The position numbers were made by a program, and so were the translations under genes. Under the pieces are notes generated by a model. The model was not told where the DNA came from and searched no databases. It saw only the letters and a program-made list of their open reading frames with translations. Shown here in pieces: positions 15,301 to 26,012 of a DNA stretch of 64,000 nt. Position 1 is the first letter of the stretch; every line of letters starts with the position of its first letter. Source of the DNA: Fimbriosthenelais zetlandica (taxonomy: Eukaryota); NCBI GenBank assembly GCA_977030845.1, contig OZ365109.1, positions 53,320,001 through 53,384,000 of the forward strand. Direction: 5' to 3'.

Positions 15301-16602
15301 TACTTACAGTGAAAAATGAGTCAATTATATATCTAAAAAAACAGAATATCAACCTCAACAACCATGACTTATATTTCTCAACTAAGAATTGTGCCTTAAG
15401 ATTTTGGCTGCCATTTTAGTTAATTCCTTCCAGGAAAAGATCTCAAGAGAATTTTTCTTATCATATTAATATTTGGTTGTATAAGATTTTGTGAAAATTT
15501 GTATTTTTCTGTTGTGAAGCCATATTCTATCATGCACGAATTTCTATTCAGTTGGAGCGTTGCCCATTGATTAGCCACGATCGCAAGTCAATTGAAATGA
15601 ACGAATCGAGTTGTATTTCTTTGACACCATGTAGCATAACAAACTGAATATTTCTACCTTATTTTTAAGTCACAATGATAAAATCATGAACGCAGTTCAC
15701 AAACACAACTAGTCTCTAGTACTGACAGAGTAGTAGCAGCCTATACAAGGGCTTCCTCGGGCCCGCGCCTATACTTCAACAGAATTGAAGATAAAAGAGA
15801 ACGGTTTTGGTATCACATCAACTCGTTCCTTGGTTCACCTAACTCGAGGATTTACTATCCTGTGGTGGGAGGTTTTCAGCATTTTTGTGGTTAAGAAATT
15901 CATCGGCCAAACTCATCAGCAAGGCTGTCAATCTCGAACAGATTCGACTTCAAAAATATGAAAAACATTTTTGGAAAAAAATAAGAAACGATTGATTATT
16001 TCGTCGTCAAAATCAGGGATCTGCTTAATAATACATGTATATGGCAGAGCATTTTCTCTTCTGAGAGGTCCCATGTTTTCATTCATTGCATTTAGTTAGT
16101 TCTGGGTTAGGTTATCCACCAAGGATAGATTATTCAAGGGACGAGTAGAGAGAGACCAAGGATTTTACCATGGCTTTTATATCAGCAAAGCCACACGAGA
16201 TTTCCAGCAGTGTATCAAAATGTTGTGATGTCCCTTCACCTATACGATGAGTATCCTTGAATTTTTCATTCATACCGGTGAGATGTTAAAAATACACATG
16301 TATATATGAAATATATACACATATTTTTCAGTCTACTTATAGTTTAGTCTCGTGAAAATCACTCAGTTTGAATGCCTCTCATAAGTCATGACAATTTATC
16401 ATATGTATGCCCGTATTTTGGGTTTTCCTCCGAGGAAATTCTTCTATTTATCATTTATCCATAAAGCATCATACTTTTCGATGCATATAGCCATATAAGG
16501 CAGGTATATACTATAATTATTTTATCATTATGCAATCTGTATAATAGCCTAGGTTGGAATATGTACACCGTTGTAGAAAAGTACCCACTAAGACCAATCA
16601 CT

Positions 16603-17049
16603 TTACGCCATTATGTGTGGCGCTGAAAACAAGATGGCGAACGTTGACACAATGGTAAACAGGGTAAACATCCATAGGCAAAGCCTATCAATAACCATGG
16701 CTGCAAACTTCCAGTCATTGCAATGATCATCAAAATCTTCATCTTTCTTCATCTTCTCAGTTAGAAATCTGAGTTCTTTTAAAATTTCCCGCAGTTCCAC
16801 CTTCCCAGGATACATATGAAGCGAATTGTCATCATTTCCAAGTTTGACACTAGTGTAATGGGGGGCGCTATTCGCCCGGAAGTCATCGTCCAGGTCAAGG
16901 ACATTGGCCAACAAACTTTTGGAAGAACGCTCTCTCAATTCTAAGTCTCGCATCTTAGCATTTTGGATTAACTTCTTTCGCGTAATTTCTTTTCCGGGCC
17001 GCTGCATTCTCAGCAACCAAGCTAGCCACTCGCAAACACCCTTCTTCAC
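16603..17049 (-). CDS. CHRNA7-like: nAChR last exon (exon 10 equivalent): intracellular loop + M4 + stop
   Basis: Acceptor TTCTGAACAG|GTG, phase 0. Encodes [19 protein letters not shown]...[15 protein letters not shown]...[40 protein letters not shown]. Confidence 0.96.
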   Translation of the reverse strand: MKKGVCEWLAWLLRMQRPGKEITRKKLIQNAKMRDLELRERSSKSLLANVLDLDDDFRANSAPHYTSVKLGNDDNSLHMYPGKVELREILKELRFLTEKMKKDEDFDDHCNDWKFAAMVIDRLCLWMFTLFTIVSTFAILFSAPHIMA

Positions 17050-17315
17050 CTGTTCAGAAGCAGAATAACCGTTAGCCTATTTCTTAAAATGTACACGAAA
17101 ACATTCTCGAAAAATTCTAGAAAGCCAAGAACCACATACCAAGGATACATCGAGCCTCGTTTGGCTCGTCTAACTGTTTAATGCATGTAGGTTTTGCAGA
17201 AACAGTAACTGATAAAAGTATGTTCTCGCAATCTTGGAAAAGCTCATAACATTTGGTGACATAATATATTGCTGATGACAAATATGACAGTTTTGAGAAC
17301 GTAGACTATACTAAC

Positions 17316-17425
17316 CCACTGGGGCATCTCATGCGTGTCCGGTGTTCGATGATGGTAGTTTAATACCAGGACGGTGAAGACGACAGACAAGGAACACATC
17401 AGCATGATACAGGCAAAGTACATAC
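17316..17425 (-). CDS. CHRNA7-like: nAChR exon 9 (M3)
   Basis: 110 nt, TGTAG|GT ATG ... TGG|GTTAGT. Encodes (G)[36 protein letters not shown]. Confidence 0.95.
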
Positions 17426-20130
17426 CTACAATCAGATCATAGCTCCTGATAAATGTGTGAAAAAACATCACAAACCTTTACCAACCTCCGCTTGAAAAGT
17501 CCAGGGAAGCTGGGAAAATATCAACATCTATATATAAGAGTTATGTGGTTCATATTATGTTATGAAGACAAAAGTCATGCCATCGACATTTATACGTGGC
17601 GTGATTTGATGATCTTAGTAAAATGCAGTGGAAACTAGATATGAAAAATATGCGATGTAAGCATATAGAAAACATAACTTAAAAACCTCAGAGTACCTTT
17701 CAAATACCTTCTGGCATTGAATCTCTTACGTGACAAGAAAGATAAGAACACAGAAAGAAATGAATTGAACGAAGAACTCTGTCAGGAAATCAAAATGTGC
17801 ATTTGAATTCTATGAGGAATTTATAATTAGAATATATCTAGATTGAGCATAAAATAATATTCAGAAACAATCTTAACTAACTAACAACTCTTCAGAACAT
17901 CTCTTTGCATACGTGTTAGTTTCCTAGCTAATCAGCAAATTACTATAAACTATAATTTCAACATTAATTTAATCCAAGAACCTAAAATGAGATCATTGTC
18001 AATTAACCGGAATTCATCAAGTCTTTGACCCAATACTGCCTTAAACCTTAATCTAGTCCTCACCATTTTTTTTCTCGATTAACTTCAAATTTTATCATTT
18101 CGATCAATACCTACCGATACGTGAGGGCTTCCAGGGTAAACATTAGCCCCTTATCATAATACTGTACCCTCAATGTGTTGTAGCAAGCAACAAAGGCCCT
18201 TCACTAGTCACTTTTTAGTAGTGGTTGTAACCTTTTTCGTCCAGGAAGAACGGTTGATGGTGAAGGCGGGTGACTTTCCTGACCCTCATCAACTTTATGC
18301 CAACACTCAGCAACTTAAAGACCTGGTTTTTTTGACAACACATTCTTATTCCTGTTGGGGGAAAATGATAAAATAGAAAAAGAAGACGCCGGGCGACCCC
18401 TCCTGGAAGCCAGCAATACCCCTGCCCCACCAAACACTTTTACTGTGGTTGCCATGACAACAAAAGAATTGGACATAGAGAGTGTACTGATTGCTTGAGT
18501 CTGAAGCCTCATTAAAACAGGTATAGCAGCATTATGGGCGAGTCGGTTATCGCAGAATTAATGAAAGAATTTAGTTCAGTTATTCCATGAACATGGTGCG
18601 AATCAATGCCACTTCATAAAGGGTTCAGAAGAATTTGTTCATCAGTTGGAAAGTGAGAGATAAATTTGATCCAAAATGCGAATTAGCAATGTAAATATTG
18701 AGGTGATCAGTGTTTTTTGGCTTGAAGTCCACCCGGGGAGAAAGCTGTGATTAAAAGATGGAGATGGAATAATTGGGTTTTGGCATAAGGCTAACTTGAA
18801 CTTTATAGCTTTGTCAAACTGTACCCCACTAGGTATGAATCTCAATAACATCTTGGGCAATATCTCTTAAAAACTTTAAAAAAAAGTGTCAAAAGTTGCA
18901 AAAAAAAACATTATAATTACAAAAGAAAACTGGCTTGGAAAATCTGCATCTCCAAGTCAGGAAATATGATTTATATCTGGAAAAGTTAAAGGTTGGCTAT
19001 AAAGTTAAAGCTTTTCTCACTTGGAAGCATTTGGGGGAAGATTTGACCAGGGTATGGGAAACGCCAACATAGCTTTTTATAGGCACCCGATGAAGGATTA
19101 CAGAATCAAATCAACCAATAAAGCTTGGTACATGGTGAAAGTCTGGTACATCCCAGAATTTGGTTCTCCTTAGTAAAGAGACTTCCAGAGAGGATGTAAA
19201 CCATGCACAGATTGGGCCTTTCCTTCAATTTGGCAGTAATTTCCATAGAGAATAGTTTGCTTAATAGCACCAGCTGGTGAGGAGAATAGAAGGCAGGTTA
19301 ATGGAAAAGGCCTGGCAGTTGTGTGGTCGTAAGTCAGGAAGCCACGGTACCTACCACTCAACTGGTAGGAACAAGCATGTGGCAGATATCTGGCATAAGT
19401 ATCCTGAGTAGTTCAAGCCAGGAGTTCCATCTCTCCGTCAGGCCTAGCAGCACTCATTCAGCATGTACAAATTTCAGCTTATAGAGAGGACTCATAATCT
19501 CGGTGAAAAATCACCCATACATGGTGAGAATGAAAGGCTGAGAAGAATGCAAGAAATGCTGGAGTGTTCTTCAGCAAATACCAACTGCCTCTTTATCATC
19601 ATAATGTTCCTTGCAGCAGGCAGCCAAAATTCTCGCAAATTGTCAAAGACTTCAGTTAAAAACAACAATGCAAAATTAGTGATTAAGATGGAAAGCTGAA
19701 AGCTATAGTATCAAGTATGCAAAGATGAAGAGCAAAATTAGCACAAAAAAAGTTAGTAGGTCTACAAGCAAGCAAGTGATGATTGATTTACAAATATAGG
19801 TGTTCTCAAACAAGCAAGTGGTTGGTTAGAGAATGGCATGCATGTTTAGTAGAGTACCATATATGACCTAAGGTGGTTGTTAAATGTAAGGAAAACCCGT
19901 GCAGATATATGATATTTAGTCTGAGGTGGTCCATATTTGTCCTCATGGGCTACTCGTGAATATCAACCCTTTAGCGTTGGACATGTCCTGATGTTCTCCA
20001 ATATTGGGCTGCATTGACATTCTCTACTGTCAATTGGATTTGCCAGAAATGTAGCAACTTTCATTACACCATTCTTATTCCCATATTTTGATATATTTCA
20101 AGTTTTTAGACAGGTATGACCTGAAGGGTT

Positions 20131-20385
20131 GGGAGCACAGAATGGTCTGACTTAAATATTCTGGTGCACAGAATGATTTGGTCTGGAGATTTGGTGATAA
20201 TGGTCTGACATAAATATTCTGCATGGTGCATAGAATGCTCTGGCCTAAAGATTTTGTTGCAGAGAGTATTCTTGTATTCTTGCCTAAAGACTGTGCACAG
20301 AAGGGTTTGGCTTATATTCTGGTGCACAGAATAATCAGTCCTAAAATTTGAAGCACAGGATGCTCTGGCCTAAAATCCTGGCGGA
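20131..20385. repeat. degenerate ~30-bp minisatellite in nAChR intron 8
   Basis: GCACAGAA-like motif at 20135, 20166, 20228, ~20258, 20295, 20324 and 20353, with recurring TCTGGCCTAAA / TATTCTGGT segments. Confidence 0.65.
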
Positions 20386-20502
20386 TTGGTTGGGAATTAC
20401 ATTTACGTTAACCCCAGCTAAAGGAGGACTGTGACTTGAACATGTTCACCGCCAAAGGGTTAAGGAAGTGAGACGTATCATTTGATGGGGCATCCCTCTC
20501 AC

Positions 20503-20589
20503 CTATTAGCGGTACTGCGTCCGAGGTAGGGGGCATTGTTTCTGCTACCAGTAGGAGAAACACGGTAAGGGACAGTAGGATAGTGACGC
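20503..20589 (-). CDS. CHRNA7-like: nAChR exon 8 (M2 and M2-M3 loop); too short for the ORF track
   Basis: 87 nt, CTCCATTCCAG|GC ... ATA G|GTGAGA. Encodes (G)[28 protein letters not shown](G). Confidence 0.95.
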
Positions 20590-22283
20590 CTGGAATGGAG
20601 AAACATCAGAAAACTCAGAATCATGAGTAAAAGCTCTAAAATATCGCCTCCAGCTTGAGGGGACTCGTAGAAAATTGATTATATAGCTATTTACTGCCTG
20701 GATTGGAATAAGTTAAGTATAAATCAAGATAATTATGCATAACCAAAGGATCCGAAATAGAGATTTTATAGGTGTTTGGATTTTCATATGCAATGCATCT
20801 ATATTCCTCTCAAAAGAATCTTAAAATTAATATTTGAGTATCAATTTTCAAGTGGCCCCTCTTAAATCAGTTTAAATTCTCACTCGCACAACATCTAATT
20901 AACTAATTGCTGCCTGAAAGAATGGTTTTTGCTGCTTCAAGAAGATTCCGTCACTATACTTTTATAAAAGTGTGTATCAATCTACCGGTAGAAGTATGTT
21001 TTATCGGGGATTTTTGTGTCAGAAAAAGTTCCCTTTTCTTTGGAGTGTTTCAATGGAGAGTTCAACCTGCCCTATCACAGGCATTTTCCTTTCAATATTG
21101 GTAACTTAAAAGCAGCAGCAAACCAATCATCAGCATCCCATTTATGAAACACACAACTGTGGATACACATTTATAATTATAGTCTACCACTATACTGTGA
21201 TAACAGTTATACATGATACATAAGTACTATATCAATATGATATTTACATTCCTCAATAACACACATCAAACACTGAAAATGACACAGCCAAACGCTGGGA
21301 CCAATAGGTCTACACTAGGGCCCTCAGGCGGCCAACTGTGTCATCTCATGTGACAATACCAGTAGTGCCCTCTAGCAGAAACTATGTACATTTCAATGGC
21401 AAACGCTATGGCCATCTGGTGAGGAAAGCGTGCGGAGTGAAGGACATCAAAAGGGCCTTGGGTCAGGGGGATCATAACTTTTATACTTTTTTTGAATATC
21501 AATGATAATTGACGACATAACATATTATTTGTAAGATTTTGTTCTAGGGCACGAAACGTCTATCCATCTTCTGATTATTAATGACTATATGACACGTACG
21601 TAACAGTCAAAACGAATTGTATAAAGTCATGAATATAGATAAAACGACAATTTTCTAGTTTGCTTTCAAGGAAAATTATTGAAAGGTATCAATCAAAAAT
21701 ACTTTTGATAAACAGACCTGAAAGCATAATCAAATTGAAAAGGAAACGTGAACATGGTCCAATTTCCTGATAGTTAGGGAGTTTTGTTTTTTTTCATAAT
21801 ATCAAGGTACCGGTATGTAGGCCAATAAATACGTTTCTTTCATGCATCAAGACCTGAAACACATTTACTATTCGGGCGAATCTCTGAAAATGACCTAGTC
21901 GTTCATGAATCGCAGATAAAAAATAATCTCAATTTCGTAATTATTTAACGTCGATATGATCGTTTCCTACCATTATAACGCTTTTCAATAACACATGTTT
22001 CTACAAGGAAAGATCGAGTCTTCAAAAGTTTTAAATAAATTTGAATTTTCGGATTAAAATGCAGCATTCTTATTGATTACAGGCCAAGAAACTGAAATTG
22101 AGGAGCTGAAAGAAAGAGCTTCAAAATTAATGATTTCTGGTGTTTTCTTTCGGACCCAGTCCAAAACACAAACATGCAAACAGGAATGTTCAAAAGTTTA
22201 AAAAAAGTGATGGTGAGAGGTCATGACGTCAGAGGCCATGATGATGATGACGTCACACATGGTCATGTGATAATAGGTCTTAC

Positions 22284-22478
22284 CTAGGGAAATCTTCTCC
22301 CCAGCATCGGGAGGGAGGGTGAATGTCAGCAGAGCCATTGATGATATCAAAACACATGGGATAATTAAGTTAAATCCATAATAAAGCGTTCTTCGACGTA
22401 TGTGAATGGTAAATGTAATATCTATGTACTGTTCAGGGCAGCAATCGTATTGCACTACATTGCGTTTGGCTGGTACAC
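22284..22478 (-). CDS. CHRNA7-like: nAChR exon 7b (canonical alpha7-like copy: loop C, M1, M2 start)
   Basis: 195 nt, phase 1-1, TTTTCTCTTCTAG|GT ... CTA G|GTAAGA. Encodes (G)[64 protein letters not shown](G). Confidence 0.95.
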
Positions 22479-22564
22479 CTAGAAGAGAAAACATGGGCAA
22501 CTGGTCAAAAACAAACATGTCGGCATCGCCTTAGATGTGAAAAGAAGAGTTAGAGGAGACCTAC

Positions 22565-22759
22565 CACATGCAATTTTCTCTCCGGCATCAGGGGGCATGG
22601 CGAATACCAGTATCGAGAGTAGGGAAAGCATGAGGCAGGGTACAACCAAGTTAAAAACGTAGTAGAGCTTTCTGCGTCTGATTTTGACGGTAAAGGTTAT
22701 ATCGATATATTGCTCGGGGCAACAGTCGTACTGTACAACATTCCTGGAGGCAGGCACAC
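22565..22759 (-). CDS. CHRNA7-like: nAChR exon 7a (divergent tandem duplicate of exon 7; putative mutually exclusive exon)
   Basis: 195 nt, phase 1-1, TCTTTGCAG|GT ... TGT G|GTAGGT. Encodes (G)[64 protein letters not shown](G). No stops or indels; 46/65 aa identical to 7b. Confidence 0.88.
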
Positions 22760-24984
22760 CTGCAAAGACACGACACCAAGTTTACTCCTGTTCTCCTTTT
22801 TTCTCAATTCCCCCCGCATGCACAAAGCTGCTCTTTGATGATGCTGCCAATCTGATGGTCTTTTTAAGGGGAGACTTTGGGAACGCCAGAAGAAACATTT
22901 TAAGACATGCTCTTCCAACTTATAACTTCCCAAATGTTGTTTCCGTTCTGAAGCCATATGCAGGTCCTTCAAGTGCATGGAGATCAAAACCAAAGCCAGA
23001 ACCAATGTGGAGAACAGGAATTATCCAGAAGTTATTAAAACCAACAAGCAAGGTGGTCGAACAATTAGTGCATGGGAAACTGTCTTTTGGCAAGTCACAC
23101 CAAGCTTGTAAAAGAGCTCAAACTCAAAAATTGGACATAATAGCAAAAGGCTCATGTAACATTTTTAGAAAAATTGATTCCCCAAATATATTTAGAAAAG
23201 TAGAATCCAATGAAAGATTTTACATAGAGTTAAGTCAAAGTGATGAAAGTAAAATCAAAAAAGCCATTTCAAAGTTTGCAGCGAATTGATTCAAGGAAAA
23301 TACACAAAATTGAAAAAGCATGTGGAATTCTGGTTAAACTGAGGGGCATTCACAGGAACAGATGATTTGTAATGATGACATGCAATGGGATTCTAATCCA
23401 CTGCTTGGAAGGAAATTGTTATTAAGATAAATCATAATCCTTGCAGTCTCAGCACTATTCTAATTGGTAATTTCAGTTCTAGAGGTTTGGGCCACATTGA
23501 TGAACTAAATGTGCTTGTTTAAGACAATTCACACTCGTTGTGAAGTAATATGATAGCTATGTCGAAGAACAGAGACCCAAGGAAACAGTGTTTCGGCATG
23601 GCCATATTAAACTTTCAGGCTTTGAACTATTGTATGGACCAACTTGGACAAGTACATTTGTGAAAATGCAGAAACACTGACACACTTCGTAACTGCCTCT
23701 AGGAACACACGTGTACGGTACAGCTGTGCCCATTTGTGAGAAATTTTGTCATCCAAAACTTGTAAATTATAATTATGATCGAGTGATAGAACAATTTTGA
23801 GGTCGAAAAAATGGATAGGTGTCGCAAATATGAAGACCAGAAAGCTCCATAATTCAATCCTATGTACAATAACGTACAAAATAATGTTAAAAATAGTTGA
23901 TATCTAAAGTTTATCTATAGATAAGTGTTAGAAGTTATAGATTGAAAGAAACACCATCATTAAAAATTACTCTCATCTAGAATGCAGGGTTTAAATACAG
24001 CTCAAGCTATAGCAAGGAGGCATAGTTAAATCAGAGAGGTAATTAATATATCCGGTTAAAATTACAAGCCTGTGAATTTAAGTTCTTTAATCAAATTCAA
24101 ATATTACGAAAGAAATACGAACTCAAAAACCAAAGACGGTTTGTCGCGAATAATGGAATTAAAACATTATTGGTGCCATAAATCCATGTCATAAATTATC
24201 CATGCAAAGGGTTAATTAACGAGAATTTCATCACAAATTGACATCAAGTTGCCAGATACACTGACAAGCCTCGATGGGCTATGGTTGAATATATACCATA
24301 TCATTATGTTGGACTGTATAAAGTTAAGGATATTATTTTAGTTTTTAAAGTTATCTCTCGTTGCTTCATTTTCACAAATAGTTTTGCCTTTGATTTTGCC
24401 AGTGCAATATATCAGGTATATTTTAAGCAGGATTTTTACTGACGTGCTACATGTGAATGGTTTAATGTACATTCTACTTTTACTGTCGGAAGGATACATT
24501 GTGCCTCTAAATTTAAATAACTTAATACAGAAACAAAATCAATTGTATCCTAATATTAGGTTATTAGGGGTGTTATAATATAGGTAGGGGTTGTGGTTAG
24601 ATATCAGCCTTTCACACTTATTGGTCTCAATCATTCTCACTCAACTCAGTTCATTCATATCCGTTAACTGTAATCAGTTTACCCCAATTATAATTTTTAT
24701 ACCCATTCCCGAAATGTATTGGACTGTGCATAATTTGACTAAGCGGTTAATAGACAAACTACAATAATTCTAACATAGCTAGTGATAGATTATGGAGGTT
24801 AGCAATATGTTAGCTGTCTTGCGACCCCACCCCCATCCGAATCTCTTTATCATTTCTTGCCCTTATCTCTCAATATTTTCTCTCCTCTCAGATTTACCTT
24901 ATTGCTGTCACATAGTTAAATTTGGTTCAATCTATATCTTTGTCTATCGTTTTCACTTTCTGTGCCATATCTCCCAGTTTCACT

Positions 24985-25085
24985 GAGTTTCCTTCTTTTT
25001 CTCTTCTCTCTTTCCTTTCCTCTCCCTCTCTTCCTCCCCTTCATTCATTCTTCCATTCTCTTCACATCATATTCACTTTTTCTCC
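24985..25085. repeat. CT-rich (GA-rich on the transcript) low-complexity tract at the start of nAChR intron 6
   Basis: Near-pure pyrimidine run on the + strand directly after the exon 5/6 donor. Confidence 0.8.
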
Positions 25086-25107
25086 TATTATGTATGTGTG
25101 ATCTCAC

Positions 25108-25361
25108 CCACAAGCTCCCACTCTCCGTTGGGTATAAAACTGGAGATGTCGCCACCTTCGCCTTGAAGTTGCAGATCGATCGCAAACCCATCATAGGTCC
25201 ACGACCCGAACTTCATCGTACATTTTTGGTCATCAAATGGAAACCATGTAATATCTATTTTACATGTGCTCAAAAAAAGTCCCGGTGGGACCCAGAGGCA
25301 GTCCCCATTTGATGAGACGACTACATTGGTTGGGAATGTACTGTCGATGTCTTCGTCCGCA
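25108..25361 (-). CDS. CHRNA7-like: nAChR fused exon 5+6 (loop E, Cys-loop, loop B, loop F)
   Basis: 254 nt, CTTATTTCTAG|T GCG ... GTG G|GTGAGA. Encodes (S)[84 protein letters not shown](G). Confidence 0.95.
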
Positions 25362-25902
25362 CTAGAAATAAGAGAATGGTAACGATGAATCCATCATCAG
25401 TTTAGATATAGTTTTGGTAGATCCGCAGTCGAACGCATCATAAGATGCATGGCTAAGCTAAGTCAAATAACTAATGTTTAAGGACATAATAATCATAGGC
25501 CGTGCTCATATAAAACAGTTGTGTTATAAGTTATTTTGAGTTCTTAAAGGGGCCAGAAATCAACCTCAATCTTTTTACTTCAGACTCAGTGGCCGGGTAC
25601 ACTGATTATCGCCCGGTCTGAGCCTTCAGGGTTACACACGTCTTACTATGGGACTTGAGCATGATGATCTTGACATTTGTACCAGTTTAAGTTGTAATAA
25701 TTTCTTAATTATTCTAATTACATTATTCACCAATCAGCCTTTAGTGTCAGCAGTGACGTTCCCCAGCCTATTTTTGCTGTAACTTGCGGTTCTTATTTAG
25801 TTTCCTTTACATGTATAATTATTGGAACATGGACGTGTTTCAAGACAATAGTAGCAATTGTTCCTCGGGTTAAAGAGTGATAAATTATTAGTGATTCCCA
25901 AC

Positions 25903-26012
25903 CTGTTATACATGAGTATGTCTGGCTTCCAAAGATACTTTGGAGGGACTCGTATGCTTTTGACCCCTCCATATTCGGTTTCGTTCCAGCGTAGGTTATA
26001 GTCATTCCACAC
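25903..26012 (-). CDS. CHRNA7-like: nAChR exon 4 (loop A)
   Basis: 110 nt, CTTTCTAG|GTG ... AAC AG|GTTGGG. Encodes [36 protein letters not shown](S). Confidence 0.95.

Noticed and set aside
1-16500. Numerous 60-110 aa ORFs in the supplied track (also 33000-64000)
   Set aside because: No recognisable domains, no consistent splice chains, many with non-ATG starts, and lengths as expected by chance.
17426-22283. Extra exon 8 copies like insect alpha6 8a/8b/8c
   Set aside because: Manual reading of introns 7 and 8 found only one M2 exon (20503-20589). A tblastn-level search could still reveal very diverged copies.
22565-22600. Cation/anion selectivity switch between 7a and 7b
   Set aside because: Both copies keep G-E-K at -2' to 0'. 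Neither has the Pro-Ala motif of anion-selective Cys-loop channels.
22565-22759. Exon 7a as a dead pseudo-exon or fragment of a second gene
   Set aside because: Exact length and phase, intact splice sites and strongly synonymous-biased divergence argue for selection. No other exons of a second paralog were found nearby.
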